Origin: Candidatus Iainarchaeum sp.
GTDB taxonomy: Archaea > B1Sed10-29 > WALL01
Length of the DNA: 64,000 nt
Direction: 5' to 3'
Assembly: GCA_023129115.1 (NCBI GenBank)
Contig: JAGMCR010000001.1
Location: 1 to 64,000 of the forward strand
Part shown: positions 47,833 to 56,111 of the stretch, one piece after another
Position numbering within the stretch: the stretch's first letter is position 1
Layout: every line of letters begins with the position of its first letter
Made by a program: the position numbers and the translations under genes
Notes under the pieces: generated by a model
The model's input: only the letters and a program-made list of their open reading frames with translations
Told to the model about the DNA's origin: nothing
Database searches by the model: none

Positions 47833-48927
47833 ATGAAAAAGCTACTAATACTCTCGCTTTTCGTGTGCATGCTCACACTGTCCGCGTTCGCGGCACAGCT
47901 GAGCGACACGAACGACGAGCGAATAGAATACAGGTATTCTATAATGTACGCCCGCTCCGAGGCCCACCGCATTGGCATGGGCGCAGTGCTCGAATACCTC
48001 GGCGACTCGGTGACAACGGACCTCCAAGACGCGTACGACTCGTTTGTTGGGGCCTACGACGGCCTCGAGGACGCCGTGGCGGCAGAAGACTTCGACGCGC
48101 TCTGGGACACGCGCCTCGAAATGATTGACGTCGCGGAAGACTTCCGCACCGAGGCCCGGGAAATCCTCGGCGACGACACCGCCGCGGCACGCGCCGCGGT
48201 CGCGGCAGCACTCCTCGAAAACGAGGAATACCTCGCGTCGCTCGAGAAGGACGTGTACGACAACCACGTCGACCTAGTGCTGAACATCTTTGACAACGGC
48301 GTCGAAGTGTCCGAGGAAAAGCTCGCCGGCCTTGAGGAACAGGGCGCCGACACCACGGACGCCGAGGCTGAGCTCGACGAAGTCAAGGGCATGCGCGGCA
48401 CGCTTGAGGAAAAGCTGGGCGACGCGTACGACGCGTGCATCGGCGACTTGATTCTCGTGTGCGACAGCGACGAGTTCACTGACTACGTCGAGTACCGCCG
48501 CCAGACCCACGAAGGGTTCAAGGAAGTCGCGCGCCTCGCACTGCAGGCCGCGCACATGAACTGGGTCGACAAGATGCGCGAGCGATTGGACGCGGACGAG
48601 GAAAAGCTCCTCGCGCTTGACATCGACACCACAGAATACGAGGAAGACCTCGAAGAAATCCGTGCACTGCTGGGCGAGGCCGAAGCGCTTTACGCCGACG
48701 GCGACTTCGCGGGCGGCCGCGACAAGACCAGGGAAGCGCGCGAGCTCTATGTCGACGCGCTCAAGGGCATCAGGGAGGCCCTGCAGGAGGCCCGGGCGGC
48801 CGCGCTCGAGGCATCCAGGGCAGAGCGCGAGGCCAGGGCCGCAAAGAAGCCCAAGCCCACTGCGGACACTGACGATGGCACCACTGGCAATGGCACCACT
48901 GCCAACAACACGGGGGCGATGGCATGA
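47833..48927 (+). CDS. Secreted acidic coiled-coil protein
   Basis: Signal peptide MKKLLILSLF...AFA; helical Glu/Asp/Ala-rich. Confidence 0.8.
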   Translation: MKKLLILSLFVCMLTLSAFAAQLSDTNDERIEYRYSIMYARSEAHRIGMGAVLEYLGDSVTTDLQDAYDSFVGAYDGLEDAVAAEDFDALWDTRLEMIDVAEDFRTEAREILGDDTAAARAAVAAALLENEEYLASLEKDVYDNHVDLVLNIFDNGVEVSEEKLAGLEEQGADTTDAEAELDEVKGMRGTLEEKLGDAYDACIGDLILVCDSDEFTDYVEYRRQTHEGFKEVARLALQAAHMNWVDKMRERLDADEEKLLALDIDTTEYEEDLEEIRALLGEAEALYADGDFAGGRDKTREARELYVDALKGIREALQEARAAALEASRAEREARAAKKPKPTADTDDGTTGNGTTANNTGAMA

Positions 48928-49151
48928 AGCAAGTACTGGCTCTCGCGCTGGTCGCGTGCTTGTTGGTAACGGTTGGCTGTGTCGGCGGCAAGAAAGCCGA
49001 GGTGACGCCGACCCCGACGCCCGCGCCAGAGGTCACAGCGACGCCAACACCAGAATCAGTTGACGACGCGCCGGCGCTTGCCGACGAAGTGATTCCGGAA
49101 GTCAATATGGAAGACGACGCGGAAGACGTTGACTTTGGGGGGGTTATCTAG
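48924..49151 (+). CDS. Small lipoprotein with PT linker and acidic tail
   Basis: TVGC lipobox; ATGA overlap. Confidence 0.75.
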   Translation: MKQVLALALVACLLVTVGCVGGKKAEVTPTPTPAPEVTATPTPESVDDAPALADEVIPEVNMEDDAEDVDFGGVI

Positions 49152-49154
49152 AAA

Positions 49155-49312
49155 GCAATTGGGGGCTATTCCCCGAGACCAACAGGGGGCTTGAAACCAA
49201 TGGGGGCTGTTGACAATTGGTCAACAGCCCCCGTGTTTTCGGGGGAGCTTGGCAAATCGCCAACACCCCCCTTTCTTTGGGTTGTTCCAGTCCTTTTGGT
49301 GCCACCCCCCCT
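49155..49312. repeat. Palindromic/G-tract intergenic repeat related to the 2253/3148/39379 family
   Basis: GGGGGCTGTTGAC-AATTG-GTCAACAGCCCCC at 49202-49232. Confidence 0.75.
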
Positions 49313-49362
49313 TTTAAATAAAAATGCTTTTAAAGACCTTTGAGCAGTAAAGGACAAGAGGT

Positions 49363-50865
49363 ATGATTATGTCGGACTTATTCCTTGGCGTCAGCGTAAA
49401 CACATGGATTAGTGGAATCCAGGTTATTATAGTGCTCGTCACAGGCCTCGTGCTGTTGAGGCTGTTCAGCATCGCGAGCGCGCAGATAAAAAGGAAGTCG
49501 GCAGTGGCGAGGGTGTTCGCCAAGGCAGTCGACTACGTCCTCATAATCGGCACAATCTTTTTCGCCGTGTACTCGCTTGACCCGTCACTGACGAGCATGA
49601 TGGTGACGAACCTCGGCGGCTACATGCCCATACTCGCGTCCACCCTGCTGCTCCTGATATTCGGCATAATGCTCGTGAACCTCGTGATGGAGCTCGTGGA
49701 CCTTTTGTTCACAGAGATAAAGCTCCAGGTATACTCGAAGCGCTTGGGCGTCGACGAGTCACTCATAAAAATCCTCTTGCTTGGCCTGCGCCTGTTCCTC
49801 TACCTGATTGTGCTGCAGGTCTCGATGGCGCAGCTCGGAATCCCCAAGAGCGTTGTCGAGAGCTCGATGTCGGCAATCAGCTACGCGTTCGCGTTCCTCA
49901 TCGCGGCGCTTGTGTTCTTCGCGTCGAAGGACCTGGTGACGAACTGGCTCGCGGGCTTTTACCTCAAGTCCTCGCGCTTCCTCAAGATGGGCCAGCGCGT
50001 GTTCGTGGACGAGGCCGACGGCGAAGTCGCTGGCTTCTCCTCGTTCTCGACCCTCCTTGACACTGGCAAGGGCTACTACCTCGCGGTGCCGCACTCGCGG
50101 CTCGTGGGCGACGAGGTGCGGCTCAAAAAGTCGCGCTTCGAGCTGAAGACACTTGAGTCCATGCGCAGGCACTACATTGCACAGGAAAAGTCGCTGTGCG
50201 TGCCCGCGGTCATCAACGTAATCCTCGACATGTTCGGCTACCCGGTGAAGGGCGGGCAAAAGGCAATCGCCAAAGAGTGCAAGACAGTGGTGCCCGGCGG
50301 GACCAAGCCCGCGGACGCCCTGAAGGCCGTGGCCGACCTCACGGACAACAACATGCAGGGCCTGCTGGTCCCGCACAAGAACATCATCAACCTGCGCGAC
50401 GAGGTCAAGGCGTGGCTCGCCGAGGGCGGGCTCGTAATCCTGAACTTCTACAAGGCGGCGCTATTCCCCGGCGTAAAGCGCGACCAGAAGCACGCAGTGC
50501 TTTGTTTGGGCGTGGAGGGCGACGGCCTGCTTATAATGGACCCGAACGCCAAGACCGGCGGCGTCTACCTCGTGAACTACAAGGAAATGGAGCGCGCGAT
50601 GGGCCCGTTCGAGGGCGAGGAGAGGAGCTACATCGCGTACGCGCCGAAGGGCACCAAGGCCTTCTGGCGCATCCAGAACAAGCTCTACTACTCGGACCCA
50701 GTGCACTACAAGACGCTAAGCAAGGCGCTGGAGCGCAAGCTCAAGCAAATCTTCCGCGAGGCGAACAGGGCGGGCGAGGACGTCTTCCCCGAGTACGTGC
50801 GCGAGTTCCTTGACGAGTTCCGCTCCGCCGAAAGCGAGCGCATAGAGAGGCTGTGGAAGCCATGA
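49363..50865 (+). CDS. MscS-family channel fused to a C-terminal C39-like (papain-fold) peptidase domain
   Basis: TM helices + LKMGQRV...GEV...ST......VPHS (MscS beta domain); QEKSLCVPA, KHAVLCLG, LIMDP (Q/C/H/D). Confidence 0.8.
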   Translation: MIMSDLFLGVSVNTWISGIQVIIVLVTGLVLLRLFSIASAQIKRKSAVARVFAKAVDYVLIIGTIFFAVYSLDPSLTSMMVTNLGGYMPILASTLLLLIFGIMLVNLVMELVDLLFTEIKLQVYSKRLGVDESLIKILLLGLRLFLYLIVLQVSMAQLGIPKSVVESSMSAISYAFAFLIAALVFFASKDLVTNWLAGFYLKSSRFLKMGQRVFVDEADGEVAGFSSFSTLLDTGKGYYLAVPHSRLVGDEVRLKKSRFELKTLESMRRHYIAQEKSLCVPAVINVILDMFGYPVKGGQKAIAKECKTVVPGGTKPADALKAVADLTDNNMQGLLVPHKNIINLRDEVKAWLAEGGLVILNFYKAALFPGVKRDQKHAVLCLGVEGDGLLIMDPNAKTGGVYLVNYKEMERAMGPFEGEERSYIAYAPKGTKAFWRIQNKLYYSDPVHYKTLSKALERKLKQIFREANRAGEDVFPEYVREFLDEFRSAESERIERLWKP

Positions 50866-51740
50866 AGTTCGCGCTCCTGGCCGGCTCTACGAACTACAAG
50901 GAAGTAAACGAAAAGCTGCTGAAGGCGGCCGGCAAGCTGTTCACCGAAGCGGTTGAGGCGCCGTTCCCAGAAATAAAGGCGGTCGCGTCCAGCAAAGAAA
51001 ACGCAGTGATTTTCGGCGAGAAAAACCTGTGCGGGTTCGACGCCGTCTATCCCCGCACTTCTTCTCCCGACATTGAGTACGCGCCAATCATCCTGGACAT
51101 GCTGATTGACGCCGGCGTCTATTCCCCAATCCAGCCGGACGCGATTACCATCGCGAAGAACAAGTTCTACACCCTAAAAATCATGGCCGAGGCAGGCCTC
51201 CCGACGCCGAAGTCCGTGCTCATCACTTCGCCGCGCATTGTCGAGAGCGTCGTGAAAGACTTTGAGTTCCCTGTCGTGGTGAAGCTGCAGCACGGCATGG
51301 CCGGAAAGGGCGTCATGCTCGTGTCGTCGCAGAACGACTTCCCGCCAATCATTGACGCGATGGCGAAGCTCCACCAGACGGTCAATGTCGAGGAGTTCAT
51401 CAAGAACCCGGGCGAGGACCACCGCCTCTTCGTGGTGGGGGACGAGGTCGTGGCGGCGATGAAGCGGAAGGCCGTGAAGGAAGGCGAGTTCCGCACCAAC
51501 ATCACGATTGGCGGCAAGCCCGAGCCCTACAAGCCCACGAAGGAAGAAGTCGAAATCGCCTTGAAGGCCGCGAACACCATTGGCATGGAAATCTGTGGCG
51601 TCGACCTGATCCCGAGCGAGAAGGGGCCGGTGCTTATCGAAATCAATGACGGCCCGAGCTTTAAGGGGATAAGCACTGTCACGACCGTGGACCTTTACAA
51701 GGCAGTGGGCGAGTTTATCTTCAAGCGGGCTAAGTCCTGA
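50862..51740 (+). CDS. RimK/LysX-family ATP-grasp amino-acid ligase
   Basis: KNKF, GLPTPKS, PVVVK...G.GV, EEFI, EFRTNITIGG, GVDL, IEIN. Confidence 0.92.
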   Translation: MKFALLAGSTNYKEVNEKLLKAAGKLFTEAVEAPFPEIKAVASSKENAVIFGEKNLCGFDAVYPRTSSPDIEYAPIILDMLIDAGVYSPIQPDAITIAKNKFYTLKIMAEAGLPTPKSVLITSPRIVESVVKDFEFPVVVKLQHGMAGKGVMLVSSQNDFPPIIDAMAKLHQTVNVEEFIKNPGEDHRLFVVGDEVVAAMKRKAVKEGEFRTNITIGGKPEPYKPTKEEVEIALKAANTIGMEICGVDLIPSEKGPVLIEINDGPSFKGISTVTTVDLYKAVGEFIFKRAKS

Positions 51741-52095
51741 CCTTGCCCTCGCCTGGGCCCTTGTGCGTTTTTGACACGTCTATAACAAAGTTATTGAGTA
51801 TTATGTCGCGGCCGACCAGTATTTTGCACCTTGAGTGCCTGCGGTCCGTGATGTTGGCCTCTGTCACGTATCTTTTCTTGCCGATTGTGATTGCTGCTTT
51901 TTTGACCGCGCGGCGGTGCCCTGCAGAAGAGGCGCTCTTTACTTTTTTGTGGCGCAGCACGGGGCCCAGCCCCGCTTCCCTGGCGAGCGCGGTGTCTATG
52001 CTTGTTGTCTTTGCGCCGGTGTCGAACTTGGCGAGGGCCTTTACTTTTTTCTTGCCCACGAGCGTTACTTGCTTGAAGAGCCCAACTGTCTGCAT
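51730..52095 (-). CDS. RimK-associated retropepsin-like aspartic protease (RimB-like)
   Basis: AKFDTGAKTTSID, DRR, ILVGRD. Confidence 0.88.
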   Translation of the reverse strand: MQTVGLFKQVTLVGKKKVKALAKFDTGAKTTSIDTALAREAGLGPVLRHKKVKSASSAGHRRAVKKAAITIGKKRYVTEANITDRRHSRCKILVGRDIILNNFVIDVSKTHKGPGEGKVRT

Positions 52096-52310
52096 GGGTT
52101 GAATTATCGTGGGGCGGTTTAAAAAAGCAGCGGCTTCATGGAGTTGGGTGAGGGCCTCAAAGCCAAGGGAAATTTCCGAAGAAACTTCTATATTAAATCA
52201 AGTTAAACCGAAGTTCAACCTAATTCAATCCTTGATTGCTCGACCCTTGCCTCCAACTACTCCCTTCTGGTTTATAAGGCTTTTTATTGGCTGCCGTGTA
52301 ATAACTACTC

Positions 52311-52859
52311 ATGGCAATGCACGCGGAAATGGCGGGGGAAAAGCCCTACACGCCTGGGGGCGGCGAAAAGCGCGAGAGCCTCCTGAAGGCCCATGAACGC
52401 TTTAAGCCATGGGTCAAGGAGATTGATGGCTGGCTCAGGAGGGACATAGCGGGCATGGACCTCGCCACCAACCACGACATAATCCGCAACATAATCAAGA
52501 GCCATCCCTTGCCCGGGATTGAGTCTGGTGAGAGCAAGGCGCAGGTAGCAGTGGACTCTCTTAAACAGGCAATCACCCGTAATAAGCTGGCCATGCTGGG
52601 GCTACAGGACTCTATTAGCCGGGACCGGCAACGCATTGAAATGGGGAAAAAGATTACCAGGCAATTTAGGCGGGTTAAGGCACTTCCCGCGCAGTTCGAG
52701 GACTACGAGGATTTGGGGGACGGCAAGGGGCCTATTGCCGCTAAGCCAGAGAGTGCTGACGAAGCCACTCCGGAAGCCAAGGAATTACTCGAAAAAGCAG
52801 GGGACTACCTGGAGCACTTGCGTAATGTTGCCGCGGCTTTTGAGCTGAAGGAGTACTGA
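52311..52859 (+). CDS. Hypothetical protein
   Basis: 182-aa ORF after TATA-like elements; helical, charged. Confidence 0.65.
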   Translation: MAMHAEMAGEKPYTPGGGEKRESLLKAHERFKPWVKEIDGWLRRDIAGMDLATNHDIIRNIIKSHPLPGIESGESKAQVAVDSLKQAITRNKLAMLGLQDSISRDRQRIEMGKKITRQFRRVKALPAQFEDYEDLGDGKGPIAAKPESADEATPEAKELLEKAGDYLEHLRNVAAAFELKEY

Positions 52860-52898
52860 AACATTAACTTAATTAATCTCCACCTCTTTTTATTTTGC

Positions 52899-53396
52899 AT
52901 GAAGGCCTGGCACATGGCCTTGCTCCTGCTTTTGGCGGGCTGTGTGCAGCAGGAGGCAACCGGCATGAAAATTACGAGCACTGCTTTTAGGGACATGCAA
53001 CCGATTCCGGCGAAGTACACGTGCGACGGCAACGACATGAGCCCTCCCCTCGACGTGTCTGGCGCCCCGGAGGGCACGAAGTCGCTCGCCCTGATTGTGG
53101 ACGACCCCGACGCGCCAGTCGGCGTGTGGGTGCACTGGGTCGTGTGGAACCTTCCCGCGGCAAGCATTCCCGAGAACTCCCTGCCCGCTGGGGCGCTGCA
53201 GGGAATGAACAGCTTCAGCAAGCTGGACTACGGGGGGCCGTGCCCGCCGAGCGGCAGGCACCGCTATTTCTTCAAGCTCTACGCCCTCGACACCAAGCTC
53301 GACCTCGAGGACGGCTCGTCAGAAAAAGACCTCGAGATGGCAATGAACGGCCACATCCTTGCAGAAGCCCAGCTAATCGGGACTTATGAGCGCTAG
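52899..53396 (+). CDS. YbhB/YbcL (PEBP) family lipoprotein
   Basis: LAGC lipobox; YTCDG..SPPL, DDPDAP, HWVVWN, YGGPCPP, HRYFFKLYALD. Confidence 0.95.
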   Translation: MKAWHMALLLLLAGCVQQEATGMKITSTAFRDMQPIPAKYTCDGNDMSPPLDVSGAPEGTKSLALIVDDPDAPVGVWVHWVVWNLPAASIPENSLPAGALQGMNSFSKLDYGGPCPPSGRHRYFFKLYALDTKLDLEDGSSEKDLEMAMNGHILAEAQLIGTYER

Positions 53397-53438
53397 AACA
53401 GGAAAGTATTTATTGCAAAAAAAGCATTAAGCAATGCA

Positions 53439-54389
53439 GTGCCGATTTTCAAGAAACGCCGCAAGCGCGTACTTAAGCCGAAGGAAAAATGGTCTCCTTA
53501 CTCGCGCGGTTCCGAAAAAATTGGGGCCCTGAAAGAGCCCGTGGCCCGGAAAGAGCGCGTGGTCGATAAATTTAGGGCCGGGAAAGAGCCTGGGGCATGG
53601 AAAAAATACTTTTCGCAACAAGGTCGGGTTGAGCTGCACAAGGGTGAGGAACTGTTTTACCAAAAGGCATTAAACAAGCTCGGCGAGAAGGCAAGGGAGT
53701 TGCGCAGGGAGAAAACCGGAGTCGGGCAGGTCGCCGTGGACTCCACTAAGTTCTTCTTTGTCCCTCCAGAGCACTTGCGGGGCGTCGCTTGGAGGAATCT
53801 CACCCCTGAAGGCAGAGTCGCCAGAACGGCACTCCTCAAGCAGAAGCAAAAGGAATTCACCAACCAATACGGCGAAGAGCAGGGCATGAGGCAATACAAC
53901 GAATATCTCCTGAAGGAGCGTGTACTCACTGGTGTGGAAGCGGGTCTAGAAGCAGGTGTCTGGGGGCTTGCACTAGCACCAATCCCAATAGGAGGCAAGA
54001 GCGGCGCTGTGGGGATTCGGCTCGCCGGGACTGGGATGGAACGCGTTGCAGCGAAATTAGTGGGGGGAGGCCTTGAGAAGCTTGCTGTGAAAGGAGCCGA
54101 GAAGCTTGCTGTGAAAGGAGCTGAGGAGCTTGCTGTGAAAGGAGTCGAGAAGTTTGGTGTGGCAGGCGCCGAGGAGCTTGCTGTGAAAGGAGCCGAGAAG
54201 TTTGGTGTGAAAGGAGCCGAGGAGCTTGGTGTGAAAGGAGCCGAGGAAGGAGCCAAACACACTGTCTTGGATGCTGGGAAGCATGAGCTTCCAGCATTCG
54301 TTTCCAGCCTTAAGACAAAATTTGGGGGCAGCTGGTTAGGGGAATTCATTGCGTCCCACAAGGGAAAGAAGCGCCCTTCTCCTCTGTAA
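53439..54389 (+). CDS. Hypothetical protein with basic N-terminus, Gly-rich hydrophobic segment and GAEKLAVK repeats
   Basis: MPIFKKRRKRVLKP; GLEAGVWGLALAPIPIGGK; seven octapeptide repeats. Confidence 0.8.
   Translation: MPIFKKRRKRVLKPKEKWSPYSRGSEKIGALKEPVARKERVVDKFRAGKEPGAWKKYFSQQGRVELHKGEELFYQKALNKLGEKARELRREKTGVGQVAVDSTKFFFVPPEHLRGVAWRNLTPEGRVARTALLKQKQKEFTNQYGEEQGMRQYNEYLLKERVLTGVEAGLEAGVWGLALAPIPIGGKSGAVGIRLAGTGMERVAAKLVGGGLEKLAVKGAEKLAVKGAEELAVKGVEKFGVAGAEELAVKGAEKFGVKGAEELGVKGAEEGAKHTVLDAGKHELPAFVSSLKTKFGGSWLGEFIASHKGKKRPSPL
54075..54242 (+). repeat. Coding tandem repeat, 7 x 24 bp
   Basis: Units like GAGAAGCTTGCTGTGAAAGGAGCC, head to tail, no spacers. Confidence 0.9.
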
Positions 54390-54392
54390 GCG

Positions 54393-55256
54393 CTAGAACA
54401 GGAATATCACTGACACTACAAACGTGATGACCGTGAGAATAGTTATATGCTTCAGCCCCGCCACCAGGCTCCCCTCGGAAATCTCGCCCAGCAGCAAGCC
54501 CGAGAAAAACGCCTGCACCAGGAACAAGTAAAAGATGTTCGGCGTGTAGTCAATCTGCCCGCCCACTCCCATGAACGCGTTGTCCTGCGCGAACGGGTTA
54601 TCCTCCATCGCGGTCGCGTTGTCCGTGACCCCCATCCCAGACATCGCGAAAATGCTGCTGTTGAGTATTATCACCACCGCAAGGAACATGAAAAACACGA
54701 TGTACCCAGTCAGCACCATGGCCTTCATCTGCGACTCGCGGTTCATCCTCAGCGCCTGTGCCTTCCTCAAGTTGTCGCCAGTCGCCTTGAATATCATGGT
54801 CAATCTCCCCCCGCCTGCAGTGTACGCCGAAAACAAAATCGACACAGCGCTCGCAATGCTTTTGCTGCCCGTCTCCTTCGCGAACAGCTTGAACGCCTCG
54901 GGGAACGTCACGCCCATCTCCATGCGGCTCTGCATCCTCGCGACGAGCGGGTCAAGGCGCCCGTAGCCCGCGTCCCTCGCGACCTCAATCGCCTGCGGCA
55001 GCGTGAGCTGCGCCTCAAGCATCGAGTGCACGTTCGACAGGAACGTCGGGAACGCGAGCTCGTACTGCCTCAGCTTCCTCTGCTGCGCGTACGTGTAAAC
55101 GAACGGCGGCACCATCGTGATGATGGCCACCGCCGGAAGCGAAATGCTGGTCGTGACCTCGAGCACGAAGTGAAGCACGAGCCCCACCACTATCGCGGAA
55201 AGCACGCTGCCCGCCGCGACCTTCACCAGCATGGGGTCCAGCTCTATGTCCTCCAC
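54393..55256 (-). CDS. Type II secretion F / TadC-like pilus platform protein
   Basis: FPTFL...LTLPQAI...YGRL, AGG, QAFFSGLLLGEI..GSLVAGLKH. Confidence 0.9.
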   Translation of the reverse strand: MEDIELDPMLVKVAAGSVLSAIVVGLVLHFVLEVTTSISLPAVAIITMVPPFVYTYAQQRKLRQYELAFPTFLSNVHSMLEAQLTLPQAIEVARDAGYGRLDPLVARMQSRMEMGVTFPEAFKLFAKETGSKSIASAVSILFSAYTAGGGRLTMIFKATGDNLRKAQALRMNRESQMKAMVLTGYIVFFMFLAVVIILNSSIFAMSGMGVTDNATAMEDNPFAQDNAFMGVGGQIDYTPNIFYLFLVQAFFSGLLLGEISEGSLVAGLKHITILTVITFVVSVIFLF

Positions 55257-56111
55257 TCACATCCCCTCCGGCTGGATGGCCTTCACCAGCACGATGAAGC
55301 CAATGTTCATCACGGGGATGACGAGGAAAGTCCCTATCGCCAGCAGGTCAGTCACCTGCATCTCCATGAACTGGCCGCCCCCGAGGAAGCCCATCACGAT
55401 AATCATAATCAGGAACAGCAGCGGCGCGAGGAGGAACACAGTCGTGTAAACCGTGGAGAGTGTCTCCACGTAGTTCTCGAACCCCTCCTGTATCCGCACG
55501 TACTCGCTCATCGCGTCATCAGCCTTTTCCTCGAAAAACCTCGTCAAGTCCCCCCCCGTCAGTATCTCGCTCCTGAGGCTCTTCAGCACGTCCGTCAGCC
55601 GCGGCGCCGGTGACCTATCCGCCTCAATCTCCAGTGAGTCCTGCAGCGCCATTCCCCCATCCTCAATCCGCTGGATGATGCGCTTCGTGACCCTGGACAA
55701 TTCCTCGTACTCGGTAACGCCCGAAATCATTTCTAGGGCCTTCACAGGCGTCGCGCCCGCCCCAATCATGGCAGACAAGTACGCCAGTGCCGGCGGCAGC
55801 TCAATCGCAATCCTCTTCTTCTTGAACTCCGCCTCCTCAATCGGGTACAGCAAAAACATCAACAGGAAGACCACGCACGCGATTTCGCCGGCCGCGACGA
55901 ACGGCACGAACATCCCGCTCACAATCCCCCCCACGATTGAAAGCCCCAGAATCCCCGCCACCCCCGCAATCATCAGCGACGCGTAGTCCGCGTAAAGCAT
56001 TTTGATGCCGGAGCGCAGGAACGTCTGCTTGAATTCTTGGTGCGAGTCGTGGGTGAACAAGTGGCCTATCCTGGTAGAAAACGTCCGGGCGACTGAAGTC
56101 ATGTCTGTCAT
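55257..56111 (-). CDS. Type II secretion F / TadB-like pilus platform protein
   Basis: IELPPALAYLSAM..GATP...YEELS, SP, TGGDL. Confidence 0.9.
   Translation of the reverse strand: MTDMTSVARTFSTRIGHLFTHDSHQEFKQTFLRSGIKMLYADYASLMIAGVAGILGLSIVGGIVSGMFVPFVAAGEIACVVFLLMFLLYPIEEAEFKKKRIAIELPPALAYLSAMIGAGATPVKALEMISGVTEYEELSRVTKRIIQRIEDGGMALQDSLEIEADRSPAPRLTDVLKSLRSEILTGGDLTRFFEEKADDAMSEYVRIQEGFENYVETLSTVYTTVFLLAPLLFLIMIIVMGFLGGGQFMEMQVTDLLAIGTFLVIPVMNIGFIVLVKAIQPEGM

Larger units (their letters stand above)
53389..54404 (+). mobile_element. Single-gene insertion bounded by 16-bp direct repeats AGCGCTAGAACAGGAA
   Basis: Exact copies at 53389-53404 and 54389-54404; no transposase. Confidence 0.6.

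Noticed and set aside
54075-54242. 24-bp repeats as a CRISPR array
   Set aside because: Units are head to tail with no unique spacers, keep the reading frame and lie inside a CDS; no cas genes are present.
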